A stretch of DNA of 64,000 nucleotides, taken from contig JAGQQG010000018.1 in assembly GCA_020426325.1 (NCBI GenBank), forward strand, positions 1-64,000, in the 5' to 3' direction. Source of the stretch: Planctomycetaceae bacterium (GTDB lineage: Bacteria; Planctomycetota; Planctomycetia; Planctomycetales; Planctomycetaceae). Each line of letters opens with the position of its first letter. The first letter of the stretch is position 1. The notes under the pieces were generated by a model, which saw only the letters and a list, made by a program, of their open reading frames with translations, did no database searches and was not told the DNA's origin. The position numbers were made by a program, and so were the translations under genes. This document shows, in pieces, positions 31,330 to 40,084 of this stretch.

Positions 31330-32451
31330 TCAGTCAACCAGCATTGATTCCATGTCCTTCGGCAAACTCTGTGAAAGAACCTCCGCCCCGTCACGAGTGA
31401 CGAGAATATCGTCCTCGATTCTAACTCCTCCCCAGCGTGGAAGATAGATCCCCGGCTCGACCGTGACGACCATCCCCGGCTGTAAGACGGTCTGTGAATT
31501 CGGCGCAAGTCGGGGCATTTCATGAATGTCGAGCCCGATGCCATGTCCCAGGCCGTGCCCGAATCGTCGACCGTATCCCTGCTGCCGAATGTATTCCCGA
31601 GCAACCTTATCAACCTCTTCGCACTTGATTCCGGGTCGTATCGACCGAATGGCCCGTTGTTGTGCTTCGAGGACCGTTTGGTAGACCTTTGCCAGCTTTT
31701 GGGTGACCTTTCCGAACAGCAAGACTCGCGTCAGGTCTGATTTGTAATTGCCTGTCAGATTGGCCCCCCAATCAATCAGCAACATCGAGCAGTCCCCAAT
31801 CGGTTCGCGACCGGGACGGTAATGGGCGAGAGCTGCCCTGTCATTCGCTGCGACAATGGTCTCAAAGCTTGTTCCCGCGGCACCAAATCGACGCATGGTC
31901 TGTTCAAGCTCGTGGGCAACGCTCACCTCGGTCATTTCGGAGGTCAGCATTGCTCGAATCACCTGGAATCCTCGAATGGCGATGTCCACGGCGGTTCGAA
32001 TCTTTGCGATTTCTTCCGCGTCTTTGACAGCCCGCAGTTCTTCAACCTTTCCAGCGACCGGTTTGAATTCGACGTTTGGGAGGACTGACTGTAAATCCCC
32101 GGCCATCGCCCACGTCAGCAGGTGTGACTCAAACCCCAGACATCCGATCCCTGCGGACTGAACCACCTTGGCAATTGCCTCATGCAACTTGGTTTCCGGC
32201 TTACGAATCACCACATCTAAACCGGGACATTCCTCCGAGATCTGAGTCTCGTAACGACCATCACTGACGAGCACGCAGACTTTCGGTCCCAACAAAAGCC
32301 ATGTGCTGTCTCCGGAGAAGCCTGTCAGCCAGGACACGTTTGTCTCACCCGAGACCAGCAGGGCATTCACGCCTGCCTGTTTGATCACACGTAAAAGCTT
32401 CTCACGTCGGCTGACAAATCGATCGGACATCGGCTTCTTTCTGGAATGCAT
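31330..32451 (-). CDS. M24 family metallopeptidase (Xaa-Pro aminopeptidase/dipeptidase type)
   Basis: Creatinase-like N-domain and pita-bread metal ligand blocks (HGLGHGIGLDIHE; GMVVTVEPGIY; RIEDDILV). Confidence 0.85.
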   Translation of the reverse strand: MHSRKKPMSDRFVSRREKLLRVIKQAGVNALLVSGETNVSWLTGFSGDSTWLLLGPKVCVLVSDGRYETQISEECPGLDVVIRKPETKLHEAIAKVVQSAGIGCLGFESHLLTWAMAGDLQSVLPNVEFKPVAGKVEELRAVKDAEEIAKIRTAVDIAIRGFQVIRAMLTSEMTEVSVAHELEQTMRRFGAAGTSFETIVAANDRAALAHYRPGREPIGDCSMLLIDWGANLTGNYKSDLTRVLLFGKVTQKLAKVYQTVLEAQQRAIRSIRPGIKCEEVDKVAREYIRQQGYGRRFGHGLGHGIGLDIHEMPRLAPNSQTVLQPGMVVTVEPGIYLPRWGGVRIEDDILVTRDGAEVLSQSLPKDMESMLVD

Positions 32452-32508
32452 TTGGATCGCTGGATCTTAATGATCAAGAACATCGATAGCGAAGTGTCCA
32501 CGACTCAA

Positions 32509-33576
32509 TCAGAAGAGTCGTAACTGTCCAGTCTTCGGAAGCGGACGGACAAACTGAGCTGTATCGAGAGACGGAAGACATCCCTCCAGTCCGTTTTTTC
32601 GCGAGAAGATTTGAAAGACACTTCGGATCTGCTCAGCGATTGGCCCTGAGCCGCGCTGCCGCTGCCCCCATTCTGAATCGTACATCTGTCCGTCGCGTGT
32701 TTGACGGATGAGAGCGAGAACCTTTTCTGCCGTTGACGGCTGTGTGCGCTGCAGCCACTCCTGAAAAACGGGTTCGACGGTCAGCGGAAGTCGCAACAGC
32801 ACCCACGAGGCCGATTGGGCCCCTGCCTGCTTCGCTGCTTCGAGAATGCGGGGAATCTCTACGTCGTTGAGGCCGGGGATGACCGGTGCCACCATCACGC
32901 CGACGGGAACTCCGGCGTTTGAAAGTGTTTCGACGGCTCTCAACCTGGCTGCGGGTGTACTTGTCCGTGGCTCCATCTCGCGTGCCAGCTTGTCGTCCAG
33001 CGATGTGATCGAAATGAAAGCGTTGACGAGTCGGCGTTTGGCCAAACTCGAAAGCAAGTCAAGATCACGGAGAATCAATGCGTTTTTCGTGATGATCCCG
33101 ACGGGCTGACCACATTCGACCGCAACCTCCAGGCAGCTCCGCATCAATTGAAATCGGCGTTCAGCAGGCTGATAACAATCCGTGACGCCGGAGAACATGA
33201 TCGGCTCGGGACTCCAGTTGTCGCGAGACAGCCATTCTCTGAGCAACTGTGGTGCTTCATGCTTGACCAGAATGCGTGTTTCAAAGTCGAGGCCTGCATT
33301 CAATCCCAGATACTCGTGAGTGTTCCTGGCATAGCAGTAAGAGCATCCATGAGCACATCCCCGATAGAGATTGACGCTGTAACGAAATGGAATATCCGGG
33401 GAATCATTTGTCGCGACGATGCTGCGGGTTTGATCCGGCAGATATTCAATCTGTCGTCGATACAACTGACTCAGGTACTCCTCGTCATCCTGCACATGAT
33501 CGAAGTCCGGCTCGCATCGATTGACTTCAAACCGATTCGGCGGATCCATCATCGAACCATGTCGCATTACGACCAT
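32509..33576 (-). CDS. Radical SAM protein, SplB/DNA-photolyase-like family (COG1533-type)
   Basis: CxxxCxxC-type cluster YRGCAHGCSYCYAR near N-terminus, 355 aa. Confidence 0.8.
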   Translation of the reverse strand: MVVMRHGSMMDPPNRFEVNRCEPDFDHVQDDEEYLSQLYRRQIEYLPDQTRSIVATNDSPDIPFRYSVNLYRGCAHGCSYCYARNTHEYLGLNAGLDFETRILVKHEAPQLLREWLSRDNWSPEPIMFSGVTDCYQPAERRFQLMRSCLEVAVECGQPVGIITKNALILRDLDLLSSLAKRRLVNAFISITSLDDKLAREMEPRTSTPAARLRAVETLSNAGVPVGVMVAPVIPGLNDVEIPRILEAAKQAGAQSASWVLLRLPLTVEPVFQEWLQRTQPSTAEKVLALIRQTRDGQMYDSEWGQRQRGSGPIAEQIRSVFQIFSRKNGLEGCLPSLDTAQFVRPLPKTGQLRLF

Positions 33577-33772
33577 TCCCTACGTCTTGAACGACTCGAC
33601 AATCCGTGCTGCCTCAGCTTTCGACGGTGATCATGCGTCCAGTTGTAGCGTCGTGCAGAATGAAAGTTCAATACCAAGTGTCTTCGAGCTACATGAATCC
33701 GCACCGGTGAAGCAGCATACGAACGGTTCGACTTCCATTCTCAGTCTCCTCGCAAACAATAAAGACAGCTCC

Positions 33773-34327
33773 ATGGAAGATCGACTTCTGTCCAATGCAC
33801 GCCGACTTGCGGATGTTCTGCAGCAGGCGGATCTGCGCATCGTGTTTGCGGAAAGCTGTACCGCAGGTCTCGTCGCGGCCACGATGGCCAGAGTCCCGGG
33901 AATTTCCTCGCATTTGTGTGGATCAGCAGTCGTCTATCGAAACGAAACGAAGACGGCTTGGCTTCACGTTTCAGCCGATGATCTGGCCAATGAATCGATC
34001 GGACCTGTCAGCGAGGAAGTGGCGTTTGCGATGGCGACGGGCGTGCTCAAGATGACCCCGGAGGCAGACATCGCTGCCTCGATCACGGGTCATCTGGGGC
34101 CTGACGCCCCTGCTGACCTTGACGGACTCATTGTGGTCAGCATCGCACATCGCAATGCTCACACTCCTGAGATTCACGTCCACCACACATTTCGTCACCA
34201 ACTGACAGCCTTGGAAGCTGACGTTGTTGTCGGACAATCGTTACGAGACTTACGACAGCACGAGGCAACCCAGTTTGTCCTGCAGGCAGTCACCGATTCG
34301 ATCAACGAAACGGACTCACCCGGTTGA
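33773..34327 (+). CDS. CinA C-terminal domain protein (PncC-like NMN amidohydrolase)
   Basis: ADVLQQADLRIVFAESCTAGLVAATMARVPGISSHLCGSAVVY and ITGHLGPD blocks typical of CinA C-terminal domain; track ORF start 33521 overlaps the convergent radical SAM gene, so ATG 33773 is preferred. Confidence 0.7.
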   Translation: MEDRLLSNARRLADVLQQADLRIVFAESCTAGLVAATMARVPGISSHLCGSAVVYRNETKTAWLHVSADDLANESIGPVSEEVAFAMATGVLKMTPEADIAASITGHLGPDAPADLDGLIVVSIAHRNAHTPEIHVHHTFRHQLTALEADVVVGQSLRDLRQHEATQFVLQAVTDSINETDSPG

Positions 34328-34543
34328 TGCGGATGGCCGGCCCACTTCGCCAGATCAGACGGATCGCGAGGACTCGGACGTCTGCTCTGACCATTTCTTC
34401 ATCCAGAGAACGAATGGCAAGCAGCAGAAGAGTGAAGAAATTCTCGGCAGAATATGCAGGAATGGTCGAAGCATCAATGTCGAGTCTTGTTGAGAAACGG
34501 TGCGTCGCGTTTCTCTCCTCTCACACAGCTTCAGGACCCCGCC

Positions 34544-34747
34544 ATGCGTAAATTGTTGATTGTTGCAGCCGCTCTCGCCATTGCCTTCGTCAGTTTTTCA
34601 CCTGTGGAAGCGGCTAACCGCAGCGGATTATTTTCCTCCGGTTCCCAAACACGCTCATATCGAGTGTGGCGAGGCGGTGTCTTCGACCGATTACTGGAAT
34701 TGGAGCGGCGAAAAAACGAAATCATCTTCGGCGGCTTCAGGCGGTAG
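34544..34747 (+). CDS. Small secreted protein (67 aa), hypothetical
   Basis: MRKLLIVAAALAIAFVSFSPVEA signal peptide; followed 47 bp downstream by a strong intrinsic terminator. Confidence 0.3.
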   Translation: MRKLLIVAAALAIAFVSFSPVEAANRSGLFSSGSQTRSYRVWRGGVFDRLLELERRKNEIIFGGFRR

Positions 34748-34793
34748 TCGGATCTCAACATCCAACTGCACGGCCGCGACCGCTGATGTTAAA

Positions 34794-34829
34794 GCAGCCA
34801 CCGACGCAATTCGGTGGCTGCTTTTTTTG
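34794..34829 (+). terminator. Rho-independent terminator hairpin
   Basis: GCAGCCACCG-acgcaattc-CGGTGGCTGC (perfect 10-bp stem) followed by TTTTTTT. Confidence 0.7.
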
Positions 34830-34892
34830 GATGCAGAAGGACGTTCGTGGACCGTCACCGGGTCAAAGTCATGACCGGCTCTGTCACACGCA

Positions 34893-35462
34893 TCAGTGTG
34901 TCTCTCGCAGCATGCGGATGAACTCTCGCAAGAGTTCGGTATTGTCCTGATATCCACGGCCGGTCACGAGTTGTCCATCGAGGACGATCGGTTCATTGAC
35001 ATAAGTCGCCCCTCCCTGCTCAGCATCCAGGGCACACTTCGGGACGGTCGTGACCCGCTTCCCTTGTATGCAGTCGGCCGCAGTCAGGATCTCGATGCCG
35101 TGACACAAACAGGCGATCGGCTTGCCTGCCTCTGCGATCTCGCGTGTCACTCGCAAGAGATTCTGGTCATAGCGGAGGTATTCCGGTGCCCGCCCACCGG
35201 AGATAAACATCCCCACAAAATCCTCGGCTCGCAGATCAGCAAAGGCGACCTCTGCCTGCAGATGATATCCGGGACGTTCCTGAGTGATGTCCCAGGGAAC
35301 GTCGGGGTTTGGCGGGATCTCATGCAGGACCATGTGATACAGCCTCGCCTCGGGTCCAGCCACAACGACCTCCAGCCCCTCTTCGGGCAGCCGATAGTAG
35401 GCGTACATCGTGTCCAGCGTCTCGGTGGCATCACCGATGGGCATGAGAATCTTACCCTGCAT
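34893..35462 (-). CDS. DJ-1/PfpI family protein (class I glutamine amidotransferase-like)
   Basis: 189 aa; nucleophile elbow IACLCHGIEIL with Cys, PfpI-like flavodoxin fold blocks. Confidence 0.85.
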   Translation of the reverse strand: MQGKILMPIGDATETLDTMYAYYRLPEEGLEVVVAGPEARLYHMVLHEIPPNPDVPWDITQERPGYHLQAEVAFADLRAEDFVGMFISGGRAPEYLRYDQNLLRVTREIAEAGKPIACLCHGIEILTAADCIQGKRVTTVPKCALDAEQGGATYVNEPIVLDGQLVTGRGYQDNTELLREFIRMLRETH

Positions 35463-36282
35463 ACATCAAACCTACCAGAAACTGGGCGGTTGCAGCAGCT
35501 GTTTGCTCAGGTGGCTCCGAGGGAATGCCCGACTGATGGGCAGTCACGGGGCCGTCGTAGCCCATGGATCGTAACCCCTGAAACACCTGAGGAAAATCAA
35601 TGCCCCCCGGCTCGTGGATCGGAACCAAATCAAACGACACGGGGCCGAGACACCACGTGTTGAGCGTCACATCGCCGTCCGGCTTGAGGATTTGATTCTG
35701 GAGGTAGACATTCACGATCCATGGTGCGAGACGTTCGAGCGTTTCGAGACCGTAATCCTGACCACAAATCTCAAGGTTGGCCGGCTCGTAAATCAGCCCG
35801 AAGTTGGGCCGATCGATCTTCGTCAGCGTCTGTTCGATCCCCTCGACCGTTTCGAACAAACTCAGCGTGTGACACTGGTGTACCAACTGGATGCCGACGT
35901 CCGCTGCCTGATCGGCTGCCTGCTGTGCGAAGGGAATGTCATCTTCGGTCTTGAGGGCGACCCGGATGAGCGGTGCCTCCAGTGTGCGGGCCAGATCCAG
36001 GAAGGGGCCGATGTTTCGCAGGCACGCAGGCCCGTTGTCATTGTTGTAGACGACATCAAAATCCCCCGTGACCATCGTGACCGAGAGTCCCTGCTCACGA
36101 ATGATCCGCGCCGCTTCACGCTGAGCCTCGGGAGTTGACTGCACGCCCACCTGCGAGGCTCGCAGACAGAGTGCGTCGTAGCCCGCCTGTTTCGCGAGGA
36201 CAGCCAACTCGTCAAGCGGGATTCGAGCGTGCTCCTTCGACAGGAACTCTTCAGCGATCCGAACAGAGAGCGAAAGTTTCAT
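35452..36282 (-). CDS. Sugar phosphate isomerase/epimerase (xylose isomerase-like TIM barrel)
   Basis: AP-endonuclease-2/xylose-isomerase-like TIM blocks (GYDALCL, LIRV, GIQLVHQCH, YEPANLE); ATG giving MKLSLSV preferred over upstream GTG/ATG. Confidence 0.75.
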   Translation of the reverse strand: MKLSLSVRIAEEFLSKEHARIPLDELAVLAKQAGYDALCLRASQVGVQSTPEAQREAARIIREQGLSVTMVTGDFDVVYNNDNGPACLRNIGPFLDLARTLEAPLIRVALKTEDDIPFAQQAADQAADVGIQLVHQCHTLSLFETVEGIEQTLTKIDRPNFGLIYEPANLEICGQDYGLETLERLAPWIVNVYLQNQILKPDGDVTLNTWCLGPVSFDLVPIHEPGGIDFPQVFQGLRSMGYDGPVTAHQSGIPSEPPEQTAAATAQFLVGLMYAG

Positions 36283-36529
36283 CAGAATTCCAAGGTGTGA
36301 AGAAATCCAGTTGATTGCGAGACAGGGAAGACCCCATTTCGACAAAGCAACATCACGGTGTCAACCTTGCTGATCGCAATCATCGTTGGACTCTGCGAAT
36401 TGTGATCAGACTATGGCCCCGCGTGAGTGCCGTGGTACAATTCAGGGACGTAGCTGCCGCAACACTGGAACGTCAACACGGGCATCTCACGCCAAGGCTC
36501 GCGGTGGATGAGACAAGGGAGGCGACTCG

Positions 36530-39500
36530 ATGGCGGAGTATCGGCTGGCAAGGCGTGTCAGTGAGGTCGCAGACCGGCTGGACCGGTTTCAGTCGCTGAA
36601 CAGCCGCTCGGTCCTGTGGCTCCTCGGGGCAACGCTCGCTCTAATCCTGCACGTGGCCAATCACTGGTCGCTCTTTCCGCCGATTCCCGTGTTCATCACC
36701 GCAGGAATCGCCCTGCTGCTGGTCCTTGCAGGCTGGCAAGTATCGCGTCGACCGGAACGCAGTCTGCATGATGCGGCGATCGCGATCGAACAGCGATGGC
36801 CCGAACTGGACTCGCGACTGGTGACAGCCATCGACCAACGCCCCGAACAAGGTGCGGGAGGTTTCAGCTTCCTGCAGCACGAAGTCATCACGGAAACACT
36901 CCTCCACAGCCATCGCAACGACTGGATGACCGTGATCTCACCCGCGAGGATGGCCCGAGCAAGGTTCAGGCATGTTGTGTGCCAGATATTGTGCATCGCC
37001 GCCTTTGCTGCCGCGATCCACGCCGGTCTGACCAGGGACAACGGAACTTCAAATCTGGTGGATTCGGACACCGTCGCAGCCGGCACTCCCTTTGACGTGA
37101 CGATCGATCCGGGGAACGTTGAGATCGAACGGGGGACCGGTCTAATCGTGACAGCCCGGTTTGAAGAGAGACTTCCGGGAGATGTCTCTCTTCAAACCGT
37201 CGATGCCTGGGGGCAGGAGACAGCTCAGCCACTGTCGAAGAGTCTCGACGACCCCTTGTTTGGATGTCACCTCGCACCGATCGACACGGATCTCTCGTAC
37301 CATGTCACCTATGATGGACAAGACTCTGACACCTACCAGATCACTGTCTTCGAATTCCCGGAACTGGAACGGGCCGATGCAACGGTCTCGCCACCGGAGT
37401 ACGCTGGTCTTGAGGAGAAAACCATCGAAGACGTCCGCCGTCTGAGCATGCTGGAAGGTTCACGACTCACTCTCACATGTCGTCTGAACAAGCCTGTCCA
37501 CCAGGCGGTCCTCCGCGGCGACGAGCAGTTGATCGAACTGTCGCCCGGCGATGGTGAACAGAATGCACTCCTCTGGTCGACAACACTCATCCCGCAGAAA
37601 AAAATGACACTCCGGCTCGAACTCCTGGACCGTGAAGGGCGAGCGAATCAGGAACCACCGGAGTTCGTCATCGATCTCATTCCCAATCTTCCGCCAGATC
37701 TGGCGATTGAATTTCCCGGCAAAGACATTCGCATCTCGCCGTTGCAGGAGATGTCCATCGAAGCGAACGCAACGGACGATTTCGGCCTGCAGGAGGTGGG
37801 ACTCATCTACCAGTTGCCGGGAGCCGAAGAACAGACGCTCAAACTGGGCGACGGTAACCAGAGTGATGCGGCCGTCAAGGTCGCTCATGAATTGGCAATG
37901 GAAGACATTGCCGCTCAGCCGAATGAGCTGGTCGCCTATTACCTCTATGCAGACGACGTCGGACCTGACGGACAGACTCGCAGAACGTTCAGCGATCTGT
38001 ACTTTGCTGAGGTACGTCACTTCGATGAGGAATATCGAGAGGCGCAGTCTCCGCAAGGGCAAGGGGCTCAACAGGGAGGAACTCCGGCTGACAAACTGCT
38101 CGAACTCCAACGGGATATCGTCAATGCCATCTGGAAGCTCATTCGACGCGAGACCGCAGACGAGCCGACCGCTGATTTCCCTGCTGATTCTCAAACCATC
38201 ACCGATTCCCAGTCTCAAGCACTCGATCTGGCACACGAAATGACAGCGTCGTTGGAGGACGCCCTCTCACGTCAGCACGGAGCGGATGCCGTTGAACAGA
38301 TGACCTCGGCACTCGAATCGCTTCAAGTGGCGGCTGACTCATTGACGGCGGAACCGTTACCGAAGGCACGCACATTCGCCTACAACGCCTATCAGGCACT
38401 GCTGAAACTTCAGGCACGGGAACATTTCGTCTCGCAATCCCAGTCGAACAGCTCTTCGCAATCGCAGTCGAGTCGACAGGACCTTGATCAGCAACTCCAG
38501 AATCTGGAACTCAAAAACGATCGGAACCGTTACGAGAACGAGCAGCAGGAACAGCCGTCCGCCGATCGTGAACAGCTCCAGGTGCTCAACCGCCTTCGTG
38601 AGTTGGCCCGTCGTCAGAGTGGACTCAACGAGAAGATTCAGGAACTCGAAAATGCTCTCCGCGCAGCCGAGACCGAAGAAGAGCGGAGTGAGATCGAACG
38701 TCAGCTCAGGCGATTGCAGGAAGAGCAACAGGAGTTGTTGCGAGACCTCGACGAACTGCAGGAACGGATGAACAGCGAGCAGAACCGCCGACAAATGGCC
38801 GATGCCCGTGAACAGGCGCAAAACGTCCGGGAGAACCTGCGTCGAACGTCCGAAGCACTGAAAGAGGGGCAGATGTCACGGGCGCTCGCATCAGGCACCC
38901 GGGCGGAACGAGAACTCGAGCGAATGAAGGATGAACTGCGTGAGCAGACCGCAGGCCAGTTCACAGATGCCATGCGCGAGCTCCGTGAACAGACTCGCGA
39001 GCTTGCTCAGCAACAACAGCAACTGGGAGACGCTCTGTCGGAGCAGCCTCAACCCGAACCAGCCGGACCTCCCCAACTGAAAGACACCTCGGACAACGAT
39101 TTGGAGGAACAGCTGACCGATCAACGCGAAGCACTCAGTCAGCTGATGAACGAACTCAAGAAGATCGTCGAGCAATCCGAACTCAACGAGCCGCTGCTGT
39201 CGAAAACGTTGTATGAAGCCATTCGCAAGACGCGTGCAGATCAGCCTGAGGAGTCACTGGAAATGACCCGCCGGTTTCTCCGGTACAGCATGACCCGCGA
39301 AGCCCGACATGCGGAAGAACAGGCGCGGCAGGGGATCGAAAATCTGCGTGACGGGGTCGAGAAGGCTGCCGAAAGCGTTCTCGGCAACGAGGTCGACTCG
39401 CTCCGACGGGCACAAGCCGAATTGGACAAGCTGACTCAAGCTATCGGGGAAGAACTCGCTCAATCGAAAGTCGAAACCGAGGTTAACCAACAGGCAGCGT

Positions 39501-40084
39501 CATCGGGTGAAACCTCACCTTCAGAAAGCGAGGCATCCTCCAATCCGCTTGACTCTTCTCAGTCGACCGAACGACATGCAGGTGGTGAGGAACCAACACT
39601 CACACAACAGGCAACTGCTTCATTAGCGACAACGCCTTCAAATCAGTCGCCAGCAGGTGAATCTCGCTCGAATCCTCTTTCCAGTTTTCTTACTGAACCC
39701 AACGAAGATCAACAGGGCGGAGCGACTGGTGCGGTTGGACCGCATCGACCGTTGACCGGAGCGGACTTCGTTCAATGGTCGGACGGCATGCGTGACGTCG
39801 AGGAGATGGTGAGTGATCCGGATTTGAGATCGCAGATTGCACAGATTCGTGATCGGGCCAGGCAGATGCGCATCGATGTCAAACGCCACTCTCAGTCGCC
39901 CAATTGGGACCTGGTCAACACGAACATCTATGGCCCCATGCTGGAGTTGCGAACGCTGCTCGCTGAGGAGATTGCCCGCCGAGATTCGTCCGACGGCATC
40001 GTACCAATTGATCGTGACCCGGTCCCTGAACGCTATTCCGAATTAGTAGAGCGGTACTACGAACGGCTGGGGAGTGGTCGGTGA
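36530..40084 (+). CDS. Large (1184 aa) membrane-anchored coiled-coil protein, DUF4175-like; hypothetical
   Basis: Two N-terminal TM helices, beta-rich middle region, >500 aa of Q/E/R-rich coiled coil with Ser-rich low-complexity segments; stop overlaps start of next gene. Confidence 0.6.
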   Translation: MAEYRLARRVSEVADRLDRFQSLNSRSVLWLLGATLALILHVANHWSLFPPIPVFITAGIALLLVLAGWQVSRRPERSLHDAAIAIEQRWPELDSRLVTAIDQRPEQGAGGFSFLQHEVITETLLHSHRNDWMTVISPARMARARFRHVVCQILCIAAFAAAIHAGLTRDNGTSNLVDSDTVAAGTPFDVTIDPGNVEIERGTGLIVTARFEERLPGDVSLQTVDAWGQETAQPLSKSLDDPLFGCHLAPIDTDLSYHVTYDGQDSDTYQITVFEFPELERADATVSPPEYAGLEEKTIEDVRRLSMLEGSRLTLTCRLNKPVHQAVLRGDEQLIELSPGDGEQNALLWSTTLIPQKKMTLRLELLDREGRANQEPPEFVIDLIPNLPPDLAIEFPGKDIRISPLQEMSIEANATDDFGLQEVGLIYQLPGAEEQTLKLGDGNQSDAAVKVAHELAMEDIAAQPNELVAYYLYADDVGPDGQTRRTFSDLYFAEVRHFDEEYREAQSPQGQGAQQGGTPADKLLELQRDIVNAIWKLIRRETADEPTADFPADSQTITDSQSQALDLAHEMTASLEDALSRQHGADAVEQMTSALESLQVAADSLTAEPLPKARTFAYNAYQALLKLQAREHFVSQSQSNSSSQSQSSRQDLDQQLQNLELKNDRNRYENEQQEQPSADREQLQVLNRLRELARRQSGLNEKIQELENALRAAETEEERSEIERQLRRLQEEQQELLRDLDELQERMNSEQNRRQMADAREQAQNVRENLRRTSEALKEGQMSRALASGTRAERELERMKDELREQTAGQFTDAMRELREQTRELAQQQQQLGDALSEQPQPEPAGPPQLKDTSDNDLEEQLTDQREALSQLMNELKKIVEQSELNEPLLSKTLYEAIRKTRADQPEESLEMTRRFLRYSMTREARHAEEQARQGIENLRDGVEKAAESVLGNEVDSLRRAQAELDKLTQAIGEELAQSKVETEVNQQAASSGETSPSESEASSNPLDSSQSTERHAGGEEPTLTQQATASLATTPSNQSPAGESRSNPLSSFLTEPNEDQQGGATGAVGPHRPLTGADFVQWSDGMRDVEEMVSDPDLRSQIAQIRDRARQMRIDVKRHSQSPNWDLVNTNIYGPMLELRTLLAEEIARRDSSDGIVPIDRDPVPERYSELVERYYERLGSGR

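Noticed and set aside
33521-33772. N-terminal extension of the CinA-domain ORF overlapping the radical SAM gene
   Set aside because: The extension overlaps a convergent well-supported gene and lacks homology; the internal ATG at 33773 gives a protein of canonical CinA C-domain length.
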